Shown: positions 20,827 through 31,437, numbered from the stretch's first letter. The stretch is DNA of 64,000 nt from Chloroflexota bacterium (GCA_965261345.1 OZ253449.1:64001-128000), one strand, 5' to 3'. Notes: generated by a model not told the origin, from the sequence alone. A program made the numbers and translations.

Positions 20827-22410
20827 ATGGCCTACCAGGAGGTGTTCCGAGTGGATACACACGAACTTATCCGGCTCTGGCAAAAAGGACTAAGCCAGCG
20901 ACGGATTGCAAAGATCTCAGGCCGCGCCCGCGACACTGTGCGGCGCTACGTAAACGCTGCCCAGGAACTGGGCCTTCAGCCCGGCGGCCCCGATCCGACC
21001 GATGAGCAGCTGGCCAAATTGACCGCGCTCAACCTGAGCACCCCGACTGGGGTCATCGCCCCGGCTGCCGACATCCTAGAGCCCCACATCGAGCGGATAA
21101 AGCAGTGGCTGCAGACCGACAAGCTCCAGCTCACCCGCATCCATGAGCTGCTTGCCCAGCGCGGGATCTCGGTCTCCTACTCGTCCCTGCGCCGTTTCTG
21201 CGACCGCCAGGGACTAAGGACCAAACGCAATCATTCCACTGTTCGCATGGCCGATCCGGATCCGGGCCAGGTCGTAGAGCTGGACTTTGGCAAGCTGGGG
21301 CAGGTCTTCGATCGTGACGCCGGCCGGCCAAGGACCGTCTATGCCCTGGTACTGGTGATGGCCTACTCGCGGCACATGTTCGTGTGGCCGCTTTATCGGC
21401 AACGCCTCGAGGACGTGGTCGAAGGCTTGGAACGCGCCTGGGGCTTCTTCGGCGGCCTGCCGCAGTTTTTGGTCATCGACAACTTCCCGGCCTCGGTGGC
21501 CGGCGCCGATCGTTACAACCCGCGCCTGACAAGAGCGTTTCTTAGCTACGCCCAGCATCGCGGCTTCGTCCCCGATCCGGCCCGTCCCTACCACCCCCAG
21601 GACAAGCCCAAAGTCGAAAACGCCATCAAATACGTGCGCGAGCGCTTCTTCAAGGGCGCCTGCTTTGTCGGGATAGAAGACATGCGCTCAAGAGCTAAGA
21701 CCTGGTGCACGCAGGTGGCCGGGCAACGGATACATGGAACTATCCGTCGCAAGCCCCTGGAGGTCTTCGATCAGGAAGAGCGGACGTGCTTATCCGACTT
21801 CGACGGGGAACCCTACGAGATCGGGCATTGGCACACGGCCAAGGTACAGCGCGACCACCACGTGCAGGCCAAGTATGCGTTGTACTCGATCCCTGAGCAC
21901 CTTGACCTTGCCGGCAAACAGGTGGAGATCTGCATCGATAGATCGCTGGTGCGGATCTACCACCGCGGCGCCCTGATAAAGGTCCATCCGCGCCAGGAGA
22001 AAGGTAAGCGCGTAACCGATCCTAAGGACCTGCCCGAGCAACTGCGCCTGTACGCATCGCGCGATCCCGAACTGGTACGCAGGAAGGCGCGCGAACTGGG
22101 CGAGGCGTCCGCCTTCTACGCCAATGCCCTGCTGGGCAACAGGACCACCTGGGCAAGATTACGCTCCGGTCACGCCTTGATCAAATTGGGCGAGCGCTTC
22201 GGCGCCGAAGCGCTCGATAGGGCCTGCCGGCAGGCAATCGCGGTCGATCTCTACGACGTGCGGCGACTTCGGACCATCCTGCTCAAGGGCCTCGAGCGCG
22301 ACGAGGACGATGAGGTCGAAGTGGCGCCGGCGCCGGGTCGCTACACCCGACCCGGAGCGGTGTTTGCGGTCCTGCCCGCTGACGATGCCAAGAACGGATC
22401 GGACCGATGA
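20827..22410 (+). CDS. istA: IS21 transposase
   Basis: HTH followed by rve core: ELDFG, VIDN, PQDKPKVEN. Confidence 0.93.
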   Translation: MAYQEVFRVDTHELIRLWQKGLSQRRIAKISGRARDTVRRYVNAAQELGLQPGGPDPTDEQLAKLTALNLSTPTGVIAPAADILEPHIERIKQWLQTDKLQLTRIHELLAQRGISVSYSSLRRFCDRQGLRTKRNHSTVRMADPDPGQVVELDFGKLGQVFDRDAGRPRTVYALVLVMAYSRHMFVWPLYRQRLEDVVEGLERAWGFFGGLPQFLVIDNFPASVAGADRYNPRLTRAFLSYAQHRGFVPDPARPYHPQDKPKVENAIKYVRERFFKGACFVGIEDMRSRAKTWCTQVAGQRIHGTIRRKPLEVFDQEERTCLSDFDGEPYEIGHWHTAKVQRDHHVQAKYALYSIPEHLDLAGKQVEICIDRSLVRIYHRGALIKVHPRQEKGKRVTDPKDLPEQLRLYASRDPELVRRKARELGEASAFYANALLGNRTTWARLRSGHALIKLGERFGAEALDRACRQAIAVDLYDVRRLRTILLKGLERDEDDEVEVAPAPGRYTRPGAVFAVLPADDAKNGSDR

Positions 22411-23180
22411 CGGTAAACGATCTGACTCCGCTGCTCAAGCGCTTAAAGCTCGGCCAGATGCTGCCCACCCTGCCGGAGCGGATCGCACTGGCGCGCCGGG
22501 ACTCCCTGGACTATGTCGCCTTCCTGGAAGTCATCCTCTCCGATGAAGTGAGCCGCCGCGACGCCAAGCGTCTTCGGACCCGCCTGGAGAAGGCCGGCTT
22601 CGAGCAGATCTGCTCCCTAGAGGACTTTGACTGGGGCGCCGACATCACCGTTGATCGGCGCTTAATCGACGCCGTCTTCGCGCTGGAGTTCCTCTCCCGC
22701 TCAGAACACGTCCTGCTGGTCGGACCGGTGGGGGTGGGTAAGAGCTTCATGGCTCAGGCGCTGGGTTATGCTGCGGTCAAAACCGGATACTCGGTGCGCT
22801 TTGCACGGGCCGATCACTTCTTCGGCGATATGGCCCGCTCCAGGCTGGACGGGAGCTCGGAGCGCACCTTCCGCTCGTACCTGGCGCCGGATCTTCTGAT
22901 CCTGGATGATCTGGGACTGCAGCGATTCTCCCAGCAGCAGTCGCTGGACCTCTATGAACTGGTGATTGCCCGACACCGGGTCTCCAGCTTCGTGATCACT
23001 TCCAACCGGGCAATCGAGGAATGGCTGGCATTGTTTGCCGATCCGGTCCTGGGCAACAGCGCCCTGGACCGGTTGGCCAACTCCAGTTACCAGATCGTCA
23101 TCGACGGCAAGAGCTATCGCGAAAAGCTCTCGCCACATCGGGCGCTGCTGGAACGATTGGAGGCCGCCAGGGACATCTAA
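22407..23180 (+). CDS. istB: IS21 helper ATPase
   Basis: GPVGVGKS, LLILDDLG, ITSN, ALDRL. Confidence 0.95.
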   Translation: MTVNDLTPLLKRLKLGQMLPTLPERIALARRDSLDYVAFLEVILSDEVSRRDAKRLRTRLEKAGFEQICSLEDFDWGADITVDRRLIDAVFALEFLSRSEHVLLVGPVGVGKSFMAQALGYAAVKTGYSVRFARADHFFGDMARSRLDGSSERTFRSYLAPDLLILDDLGLQRFSQQQSLDLYELVIARHRVSSFVITSNRAIEEWLALFADPVLGNSALDRLANSSYQIVIDGKSYREKLSPHRALLERLEAARDI

Positions 23181-23340
23181 GAGGACGAAATCGGCCACCG
23201 CAGCGGCACTGTTTGCAGTGGTCAAACCATTACGAAATTAAATTAGGAAGTGCGTTACCGGGTGGCCTTAAGCTCGTGGCTATGCCGGACGAATGGTCGT
23301 GGCGATCGACATTAAGTCAATTCGGATAGATGGATTGGTA

Positions 23341-23368
23341 GTTGAGGGTCATAGGGATTATGTCGAAC
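23341..23368 (+). other. dif-like site
   Basis: GTTGAGGGTCA-TAGGGA-TTATGTCGAAC. Confidence 0.7.
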
Positions 23369-23394
23369 GCTGAATCCAGAGGAAATCCTCAATA

Positions 23395-24119
23395 ATGCAG
23401 ATTGACCAGGGTTTCACGACGCAACAACGAGTTGCGGTAATTTTCGAGACCGAAACAGCCGTAATGCTAATTGAAGAAGGGTTGGTGGCCCTTGACAGAG
23501 AAATCAAGCGCCCACATCGCCTAAATCTCCCGCTGTTGCTACTGGCGCAAGGATTCGAGAGGATATTGAAGCTGGTGACATTAATTGGCCAATTTGAAAC
23601 GGATCACAAACTGTTGACTTCAAGAACGTTGAAGAGCAAATATGGGCATCGATTGAGAAAATTGAGAAAAATGTGATGCTACTCATGCTCGATTCGGGTC
23701 ATGCAGGCCAAAGTACCGCTTTGCGTTGCGACGTCCGGTTCTTGAATGATTCAGAAGACCGCAACTTTCTCTTGAATGTTGTGGAGGCCTTTGCTCTCCG
23801 CGAACGGTATTACGATCTTGAAACTGCCACAGGAAACGAGCCGCAAGCCGAATTGCACGGGCTGGTGAGTCTCATTCAGTCACAATTCACAAAGAAGCGC
23901 CCTGAAATCCTTGAGGCAATTGCGGCGTCAAAATATCCAAGCCTAAGTCAATTCCACTCGGCATTACTCGCAGAACTGACTGAAACGATACAAAGGTTTG
24001 CCCGCGCCCTTTGCCGTACATACACATTTGGACTTCTCGGTGAAATCGGTTTGCGAACCGGCCCGGCGGTCTACAGGTTTCTGTTCCAAAATGATGGCGA
24101 TCTGAAGCGCTTGGCATAG
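23395..24119 (+). pseudogene. Split paralogue of the 12910-13635 HEPN-like protein
   Basis: Two consecutive ORFs in different frames match the N- and C-halves (IFETETAVMLIEEGL; IQRFARALCRTYT). Confidence 0.75.
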
Positions 24120-24323
24120 GGCCGGACGGTCGGGCAAAAAATCAATCTTTGTAGTGCACAATTCCGAAAAACGGCTTTGAATCGCGCAGGCTTTGGAGCG
24201 AGCGACGCTGATTTAGCCGATCCAAAATTAAACCGGTGTGGGCGAATCGCAATTTGCCCGCCAACGATGATTGCAATCATCCTGACATCGAAACGCCCCC
24301 GACTTGCCGCCCCTTAGGAACCT

Positions 24324-26777
24324 GTGAACGCACAACCGATTGAATTCCTTGACCTGCTAAATGGCCAGGTTCAATACGTTGTGCCGCGATGGCAACGGCG
24401 ATATTGTTGGGGCCAGTCAGACATTGAGAGATTGATCGATGACCTCTTGGTGATCGCCGACGCGGGACCGAATGCGACACATTACGGCGGTACCCTTCTC
24501 ACTTTCCCTGAACCCGGCGCCGCCGGAGTGGTCAAGGTCTTTCGAGTCGTGGACGGACAACAACGATTGACAACTGTGAGTATTTTGCTGGGTTGCATTG
24601 CCGAAAAACTTGGACCTAGTGGCAAATGCGGTGATTGGACCGCTGAAGAGATTCGTCAAGGTCGCCTGACCAATCCTCGAAAGCCCCTGGGCAATGCTCG
24701 TAAGTTGAGGCTCCAGGAAGGCGATGAAGAGGAGTACCGACTTGGACTTGAGGGTAATCCAACAGGGAGCGGAGCGGTTGCGCAAGCCTGGAAATCGTTG
24801 CGCAGATTGGTGGCACGAAATGATGTCGCGCAGTTGCTTGAGGGGCTGCGACGATTCCGCGTCGTCAGCATCGGTCTCACCGATGGTGAAGACCCGCAGC
24901 AAATCTTTGAGAGTTTGAACGCAACCGGTAAGCCATTAACTGAGAGCGAAAAGATTAAGAACTGGCTCTTGATGGGGTTGGCAGACGAAGACCAACTTGA
25001 TCTATATCAAAACCACTGGATGAGCATCGAGCGAAGTTTGGGTGTGGAGCACTCTACAGAGCCCATCGATTTATTTTTCCGAGACCTCCTGCGGTGGAAA
25101 ACCGGAGAAGTTCAGGGCATCAATCGCGTCTACGAGACGCTGCGCCGATGGGCAGTGAAGCACCAATATTCGGAAGATCGGTCAGCTTTGTGCCGAGAGT
25201 TTGAGCGCATCGCGGGCCTCTACGGAAACATCACCGGGACTGCAGGACCACATCGCAATAGAGCGGTTGAGCGCGAATTGATCCACCTGCGTGCGTTGGG
25301 AATTGACACTCACCGTCCCTTGACGTTGCGGTTATTGAACGATGAGGTCGATTCCAATTCGGTCAATGTGTCGACTCAAGATGTCGCTGAGGTCCTTGCA
25401 AGTATCGGGACATGGACTACTCGATTGTGGCTGGCGGATCGACAAGTTTCCGGTATGAATCGGGCGGTCGCGGAACTATCTGGCAGATCTGGACCACACG
25501 GCGACGAAGGTTGGTCGCAATATTGGATTGGGCAGATTAGCCGACTTCGGAATACGCGCGTCGGCGTGCCGTCTGATGAATTGGTGCAGGAGGGAATACG
25601 GCACCGCAAGGCATATGGTGGCAGCGCGACTCGATCTGCATTCGCCGTCCTCTGCGCATTGATGGAGGCCGAGCATCGGGAGGAATCGCCCGCTCGGGAT
25701 CATTTGACGATCGAACATGTAATGCCGCGTACGTTGACCGCTGATTGGAAGCGGGAATTAGGCGCAAATGCCGAGGATTTCCATGGCAAAAACCGGGATA
25801 CGCTCGCGAATTTGACGCTCAGCGGGGATCTGACGAATTCGGCAATGGGCGCAAGCACCTTTTGGAGCAAGCGCGAGATTTATGCGCGGAGCCCAATTGG
25901 ACTCACTCGGCGTTTAACAAAAGAACCTGGCTGGGGCGAAGGCGCCATAGGGCGTCGAGCCGCGGCAATTGCGGAATTGGCGTTGAATCGTTGGCCATGG
26001 AAGGACGGGCAGGCTTCATTGCCAATAAACGAACCAGCGAATCTGAGGTGGAAGATTGGGGCCGGGCCGTGGCGCAATGAGTCCCACGCGAGCCAGATGG
26101 TGTTGAATATCGTCGGCGCGCTGCTAGATTTGGATCCTACGAATGCCGAACGGTTAAGCGGAGACGCGATCATTCCGAACATTCACCGTGCCGATAGATT
26201 TCCACCTGGGACTCAGGTGGGGTCGCTCGTAATGCGTTCCATCCCTGGACATGAACACTACGTTATGTATCCATACGCACAGGATTACCCCTCGAGCGCG
26301 GAACGGTGTCGGCGATTCGGTGAGCGGTGCCAGGCAGCCGTCGCAATTCAATTTACGGAGAAGTCGCATGGCGAGCGGTTTTGGGAGTTTCTACGCGATC
26401 GCGCCGGCGGCCTCCCTGGGCAAAAAGATTCGTGGAGGGGAGCAAGCCAAGGAACGGCCCCCATCAATTCCGATGGCGACTATGTAGGCGTATATGTTGG
26501 GAATCAGGAGTTAATTTGGTTATACATTCGCTCCAGCGGAAAGCCGTCACCAGAGTCAGCTTCGTTGAGGATGCGTTCGTTTTCTTGGAAGATTCTTGAG
26601 CAAATGGGTGATCAAATCAGCAGCTTAGACGTCGACGGTGAAAGCACGCAAGGAAGGTCAGTTTCTATTCAAAGGACTTGGGATCGAGATGACCACGCCG
26701 AATGGCCTGATGCGGCTGATTGGATCATGGATCAATTCCAGAGACTGAAGTCAATTGGAAGCGAAAGGCTTCAATAG
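24324..26777 (+). CDS. gmrSD: GmrSD-type (DUF262-DUF1524) modification-dependent restriction protein with C-terminal extension
   Basis: VPRWQRRYCW, VVDGQQRLTT, IFESLNATG, TIEHVMP...NLTL. Confidence 0.88.
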   Translation: MNAQPIEFLDLLNGQVQYVVPRWQRRYCWGQSDIERLIDDLLVIADAGPNATHYGGTLLTFPEPGAAGVVKVFRVVDGQQRLTTVSILLGCIAEKLGPSGKCGDWTAEEIRQGRLTNPRKPLGNARKLRLQEGDEEEYRLGLEGNPTGSGAVAQAWKSLRRLVARNDVAQLLEGLRRFRVVSIGLTDGEDPQQIFESLNATGKPLTESEKIKNWLLMGLADEDQLDLYQNHWMSIERSLGVEHSTEPIDLFFRDLLRWKTGEVQGINRVYETLRRWAVKHQYSEDRSALCREFERIAGLYGNITGTAGPHRNRAVERELIHLRALGIDTHRPLTLRLLNDEVDSNSVNVSTQDVAEVLASIGTWTTRLWLADRQVSGMNRAVAELSGRSGPHGDEGWSQYWIGQISRLRNTRVGVPSDELVQEGIRHRKAYGGSATRSAFAVLCALMEAEHREESPARDHLTIEHVMPRTLTADWKRELGANAEDFHGKNRDTLANLTLSGDLTNSAMGASTFWSKREIYARSPIGLTRRLTKEPGWGEGAIGRRAAAIAELALNRWPWKDGQASLPINEPANLRWKIGAGPWRNESHASQMVLNIVGALLDLDPTNAERLSGDAIIPNIHRADRFPPGTQVGSLVMRSIPGHEHYVMYPYAQDYPSSAERCRRFGERCQAAVAIQFTEKSHGERFWEFLRDRAGGLPGQKDSWRGASQGTAPINSDGDYVGVYVGNQELIWLYIRSSGKPSPESASLRMRSFSWKILEQMGDQISSLDVDGESTQGRSVSIQRTWDRDDHAEWPDAADWIMDQFQRLKSIGSERLQ

Positions 26778-26863
26778 AAGAGTTGTTGGAATCCTCGACA
26801 TATTGATACAGCACTGCGATTAAACCCCCGCTGAATAATCCAAAGGCGGCTTAGTGCGGCCGG

Positions 26864-26891
26864 TATTGCCATAATCGCCATTATGTTGAGT
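26864..26891 (+). other. dif-like site (closest to canonical dif)
   Basis: TATTGCCATAA-TCGCCA-TTATGTTGAGT versus E. coli dif GGTGCGCATAA-TGTATA-TTATGTTAAAT. Confidence 0.85.
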
Positions 26892-26949
26892 GCGCGACAA
26901 GTCCGAGCCAAATTCGGTGAAGCACCCCATCGTACTACAATGTACTACC

Positions 26950-27222
26950 ATGAAGCACAATTATGAAGTCGGCATACGAGCCCTGAAGCAAAATGCTTCC
27001 GCGGTCGTTGCAAAGGCGGCCGCCGGTGAGGTCATCACGATAACCAGCCGTGGAAAGCCGGTGGCGAGATTGACTCCGATTCCAGATTCGCGCCTGCGGG
27101 AATTGAGTGACGCGGGGCTGGTGGTGCCGGCCTCGAGGGATACAACCGATATTCCCGACCCGATTGTGGGTCCGAGCATGTCGGCATTGGTCGCCGAACT
27201 CAGAGACGAAGAGCGCTACTAA
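26950..27222 (+). CDS. Phd/YefM antitoxin
   Basis: VGIRALKQNAS.V...AAGE.I.IT.RGKPVARL. Confidence 0.88.
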   Translation: MKHNYEVGIRALKQNASAVVAKAAAGEVITITSRGKPVARLTPIPDSRLRELSDAGLVVPASRDTTDIPDPIVGPSMSALVAELRDEERY

Positions 27223-27223
27223 G

Positions 27224-27634
27224 TTGGCGTACTATCTCGACACCTCGGCTGTAGCGAAGTGGGTGTCGGCGGAAACAGAATCAACTGCCCTCAATGCTTG
27301 GAGGGATCGGCGGTCAGGTGCACTGGTTACCAGCTACCTTTGCCGTACGGAATTGCTGCGCGCCGCCCGCCGATTGACTCCACGCCACGTTCAGGTCGCC
27401 GACCAAGTGTTGTCCTCGATCCATTTACTCAAAATCGGGACTGGTGCATTCGAATTGGCTGCTCGCGTCGGTCCGACTCAATTGCGAAGTTTGGACGCTC
27501 TCCACCTTGCTGCTGCGATGGAACTCGGATCCGACCTGCAGGGAATAGTTACTTACGACAAGCGTCTGGCCGCGGGGGCCATTCTAAATGCCGTACCGGT
27601 GATATCGCCGGGCGCAGATCTTTCAGAAACATAG
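27224..27634 (+). CDS. vapC: VapC PIN toxin
   Basis: YYLDTSAVAK...RTEL...LRSLDALHLA...TYDKRL. Confidence 0.88.
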   Translation: MAYYLDTSAVAKWVSAETESTALNAWRDRRSGALVTSYLCRTELLRAARRLTPRHVQVADQVLSSIHLLKIGTGAFELAARVGPTQLRSLDALHLAAAMELGSDLQGIVTYDKRLAAGAILNAVPVISPGADLSET

Positions 27635-27804
27635 CTCATCCGCATCCAGCTCACCCGGTGCTACGGGTGTGAAAAGATGAATCTTCAACCCCGGTTTGTC
27701 GCCAAGGATTTGCAATCGGAATTCAGTGCATGATCCAATTCCTGGCAAGGCCAATTTAGATCTCTAAATCAATGAACGGCAGGCCAAATGCTCGACAAAA
27801 GACG

Positions 27805-27832
27805 GTTGGATCTAATGAGTAACATGTCTACC
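27805..27832 (+). other. dif-like site
   Basis: GTTGGATCTAA-TGAGTA-ACATGTCTACC. Confidence 0.6.
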
Positions 27833-28133
27833 GGCAGCGATTGAATCCGCGGACGAGGGTGTTTTTCCTGAGGGGATTTGGGTCATTCCTTCTACGACCC
27901 AGTAGCATACCAATGCAGATTAATGCGCCGTTTGGTTAGTTCTCGGGGAAGACTTTTTCAAGGGGGATGACTGCCGCAGAATTGCAGAAACGGCCGTTTG
28001 ACCCGGCGGCGGCGGCCGGTGCAATCAATACCGATGCCACCGCCAACATTCCGCCGGCGACCGCTACTGGAATTGGTGCACCCAATGTTGGACCCAAACT
28101 ATTGCCAAGAATAGATTCGCGAATTCGCGCCTA

Positions 28134-29891
28134 ATGCAAGAGAACTTCGGTGCAATCTCAGCGCGGTCGGTACTCGCCTGGGCTGGTCCATTGAATTACA
28201 GGCTCGGACGGTACATCGCTGCGGCAGGGGAGATATTTGATTGCCGCCGCGACGGCGCATCAATCGTAGCGTTCTGTCAGGAGATTTCGCCGCCGCCTTG
28301 GCGGGTTCAGGCGAAATTACACGGTGGCGACGTAGAAGCAGCCTCGTGCACCTGCGCGGGTGGGGCATCGGGTCGCTGCCCTCACGTTGTGGCAGTTCTG
28401 CTCGCCTTCCAATCGGACCCTGGGCGATTCGAAGCAACAAACACCCGTGATTTCGCCCTTGAGAGCCAAAGCAAATCCGAACTGATCGAAATCATCCATC
28501 GATTGCTCTCGCTACGGCCAAGCCCCCAAGATCGCCTGCAAACGTACCCGGCGTCAGTGGCCCAGGAGAACGGCCCGACCGATCTGCCGACTTTGCGGCG
28601 ATACGCTTCGTACGCATTCATGGTTCGTGATTGCGAATACGAAACTGCAATCAGAGTGGCGGACGATCTTGAAAGATCGCTCAAGACTGGCAACGATTCC
28701 CTCGCGGACGGAGGCTACCAAAAAGCACACATCATTTTTTTGGCCGTGGTGCTTGCGATCCTCGATTATTCGGAGGTGGTTACGGTCCTGGTAAATCAAG
28801 ACGATGGCGAGTTATTGGCAGTCCTGAAGCATGCCATCGCAAGCCTCGCGGACGGATTGATCGGCCATGAAAGCGATGCAGCCACAAGAAAAAAGGCCCT
28901 GGGAACGCTGTTCGATGCACACATGGAGGATCTCAATTACGGCGGCAGTATGTTCAGCGGCAAAGCGGGGGAGATGATTGTTGAACACGCCACCGAAGTC
29001 GAAAGGGCATCGCTAGTCGCCTGGATTCGGGGCGGAATGCCTACGGGCCAAACATGGCCGGATCACGTGCGGCGACAGTTGCGCGGCAGATTCTTGTTGG
29101 AAGTTGGCCAAAGGGACTTGGACGAGGAATCCGCACTCCAAATCTGCCGGGAATGCGGACTTGTGGCCGAACTGACCGATCGCCTGCTGCCGTCGGGAAG
29201 ATTTGAGGACGCCCTTGATGAGATCGGGAGCGTGTGGGAGTCTGATTTGCCGGAAATTGGCGAGGCTTTTCGTCGCCACGGATATGCAGACATCATCCTG
29301 CCCTGGTTGGACGAACGCTTCAAGACGCGCCGGGATCGCAAGCTCGCCGAATGGCTAAAGCGAATGCACCTCGATCGTGCGGAGTATGGGGCGGCATTGC
29401 CGATGGCGGAATTTTTGTTTGAAGGCGATCCTGGAGTCGCAGAATATCTGGAATTTCGCGACCTGGCAGTAAAGGCCGGGAAATGGGACCGGAACCGGCC
29501 GCGGGCGCTGATCAAGTTCATGTCCGCTGCCGATGTAGACCTACTTGCGGACGTTTACTTTGAAGCGGGCGAGTTCGAATCATCGGTCGAGTTAGCCGCA
29601 CACTGGGACGTTGGGGATTGGTACCTGGAACGCCTAAACCAGGTAGTGGAAGAATTCGCCGAATCCAATCCCGGGCAATCGGCAGCGAATTTCCGCCGCT
29701 TGGCCGAGATTTGCATTGAACGCCGTGGTCGCAAGAACTATCAAAAAGCCTGCAAGCTTCTGATAAGAGCGCGAGATCTCATGCTGCGGATGAAACTTGA
29801 TTCCGATTGGCAAGAATTCATCGCTGAGTTGCGGCAGCGCAACGATTTCTTACCGGCGTTGCGGGACGAACTAGCCCGTTTTGGGATATGA
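28134..29891 (+). CDS. SWIM zinc-finger protein with helical repeats
   Basis: SCTC......CPHVVAVL; C-terminal R.NY..AC..L...R....A pattern. Confidence 0.8.
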   Translation: MQENFGAISARSVLAWAGPLNYRLGRYIAAAGEIFDCRRDGASIVAFCQEISPPPWRVQAKLHGGDVEAASCTCAGGASGRCPHVVAVLLAFQSDPGRFEATNTRDFALESQSKSELIEIIHRLLSLRPSPQDRLQTYPASVAQENGPTDLPTLRRYASYAFMVRDCEYETAIRVADDLERSLKTGNDSLADGGYQKAHIIFLAVVLAILDYSEVVTVLVNQDDGELLAVLKHAIASLADGLIGHESDAATRKKALGTLFDAHMEDLNYGGSMFSGKAGEMIVEHATEVERASLVAWIRGGMPTGQTWPDHVRRQLRGRFLLEVGQRDLDEESALQICRECGLVAELTDRLLPSGRFEDALDEIGSVWESDLPEIGEAFRRHGYADIILPWLDERFKTRRDRKLAEWLKRMHLDRAEYGAALPMAEFLFEGDPGVAEYLEFRDLAVKAGKWDRNRPRALIKFMSAADVDLLADVYFEAGEFESSVELAAHWDVGDWYLERLNQVVEEFAESNPGQSAANFRRLAEICIERRGRKNYQKACKLLIRARDLMLRMKLDSDWQEFIAELRQRNDFLPALRDELARFGI

Positions 29892-30081
29892 CGCATTTGT
29901 ACTCGGCCAAGTGTTAGCGAACCTAAGGGCAGCTTGTTTGCGGGAAGGTGCGAATTCGGCTTGCGGTTACGAGAATCTCGAAAACAGAATTAGGGTGGTT
30001 GACGATTTGGGACAATCCTGCGAGTGTCAATCAACAATTCATTCAGTCGGCGGTCCCGGGTCGACATGAAAGCCTGTTGCA

Positions 30082-30366
30082 GTGATTCGCCCGGTCGAAG
30101 CTGAACCTCGGCCCAATTACCGGTTAAGGCTTAGGTACTCGAACGGTGCCGACGGCGAGGTGGATCTTTCGCACTTGGTCGGAATCGGCGCGTTCAAAGC
30201 CTGGAACGACGAATCTCATTTTTTGAAAGTGCGAATTACGTCTTACGGTGCGGTTGCATGGGCCAATGACATCGAGCTTTGTCCAGATGCGTTGTACTCG
30301 CAGCTGCCCGGCCGAACGCTGTCGGAGTTGACGCAAGGGGAGTCTGCGCCAGCACCTAGTGCCTGA
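30082..30366 (+). CDS. DUF2442 protein
   Basis: Paralogue of 8939-9226. Confidence 0.8.
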   Translation: MIRPVEAEPRPNYRLRLRYSNGADGEVDLSHLVGIGAFKAWNDESHFLKVRITSYGAVAWANDIELCPDALYSQLPGRTLSELTQGESAPAPSA

Positions 30367-30590
30367 ACTCTCCAAGTCTTGCGACGATTACAATCCGCCT
30401 CACTTCCATGCCGCGTACGGAGTTTGAGGCCGTATACCAACTCGGCTCATTGTCAATGCCGTGGGGACGCCTTCCGCTTCGGGCCCACAACCTCGTCCTG
30501 GAGTGGGCGGCCGGGAACCAAGCTGCCATTGAATCCGCTTGGCAAAGTGTTCAAGCCAACGAGCCACCCACAACTATTGGATGAACAGAA
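30359..30590 (+). pseudogene. DUF4160 remnant
   Basis: DYNPPHFHAAYG followed by a frameshift; end approximate. Confidence 0.65.
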
Positions 30591-30646
30591 GTGCAGCAAC
30601 GGATTGGTGGTGCGATTGCCGAAGACCGTGCGTTTCCGTTGTAGTC

Positions 30647-30669
30647 TTGTACATCCAAGCGACGTACAA
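30647..30669. promoter_or_regulatory. Putative RHH-antitoxin operator
   Basis: TTGTAC-N11-GTACAA just upstream of the DUF1778 gene. Confidence 0.5.
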
Positions 30670-30676
30670 TTACTTC

Positions 30677-30955
30677 ATGGACACTGAATCTAAAACTGGG
30701 CGTTGGTCGATCCGGGTTTCTCCAAGCGATGACATGATCGTGCGCCGCGTTATCGCTCGCAGCCGGATGTCACTCAACGAATATGTCGTGCGGAACGCCG
30801 TCTCGGCCGCGATTGCCGACCTGTCTGATCGCCGGCTATTTACGCTGTCGGCGGAAGAATGGGAAGAACTGCAAATGATTCTTGATCGACCCACTGTTTC
30901 CAAGCCCAGACTCGCCGAACTACTAGCTCAACCCTCAGTCCTTGAAACGGATTGA
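30677..30955 (+). CDS. DUF1778 (TacA/AtaR-like) antitoxin
   Basis: SL.EYV...A..AA...L.DRR.F.LS.EEW..L...LD.P...PRL. Confidence 0.85.
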   Translation: MDTESKTGRWSIRVSPSDDMIVRRVIARSRMSLNEYVVRNAVSAAIADLSDRRLFTLSAEEWEELQMILDRPTVSKPRLAELLAQPSVLETD

Positions 30956-31437
30956 GTTCTTTCCAGGATCCGGAACTACTTACTGCGGACCATGACGCGG
31001 ATCGCTTCGACTGCGGCGACGAATCGCTAAATGAGTGGCTCCGGCTGCGCGCGATGCGCAACCAGGGGGATGGTTCCAGCCGGACTTGGGTAGTCGCTTA
31101 CGGCGGCCGTGTAGTTGCCTACTACGCGTCAAGCACCGCGGTGCTTGCTCGCGAGACAGCCGCTGGCCGAATCAGGCGCAACCAGCCGGAACCATTGCCG
31201 GCGATGTTGTTAGGTCGCCTCGCCGTCGATCGAGATCACCAGGGAAAGGGGTTGGCCGCGGCATTGCTGAAGCACTTTTTGGGCAAAGCCTTGGAAGTGT
31301 CCGAGCTAACCGGTCTCAGATTGGTGTTGGTGCATGCCAAAAGCGCGCAGGCGGCAGACTTCTACAGCCATTTTGGTTTCCAGGCATCCTCGTTTGATGA
31401 CCTCACTTTCATGCTGCTGCTTAGTGACATTCGATAG
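30952..31437 (+). CDS. GNAT acetyltransferase toxin (TacT/AtaT-like)
   Basis: FDCG..SLNEWL...LLGRLAVD..HQGKGL...LVHAK...A..FY..FGF. Confidence 0.9.
   Translation: MSSFQDPELLTADHDADRFDCGDESLNEWLRLRAMRNQGDGSSRTWVVAYGGRVVAYYASSTAVLARETAAGRIRRNQPEPLPAMLLGRLAVDRDHQGKGLAAALLKHFLGKALEVSELTGLRLVLVHAKSAQAADFYSHFGFQASSFDDLTFMLLLSDIR

Larger units (their letters stand above)
20671..23311 (+). mobile_element. IS21-family element, complete
   Basis: Imperfect IRs TGTCAATCTCCACC / TGTCGATCGCCACG; 5-bp TSD TTAAG (20666-20670, 23312-23316). Confidence 0.93.
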
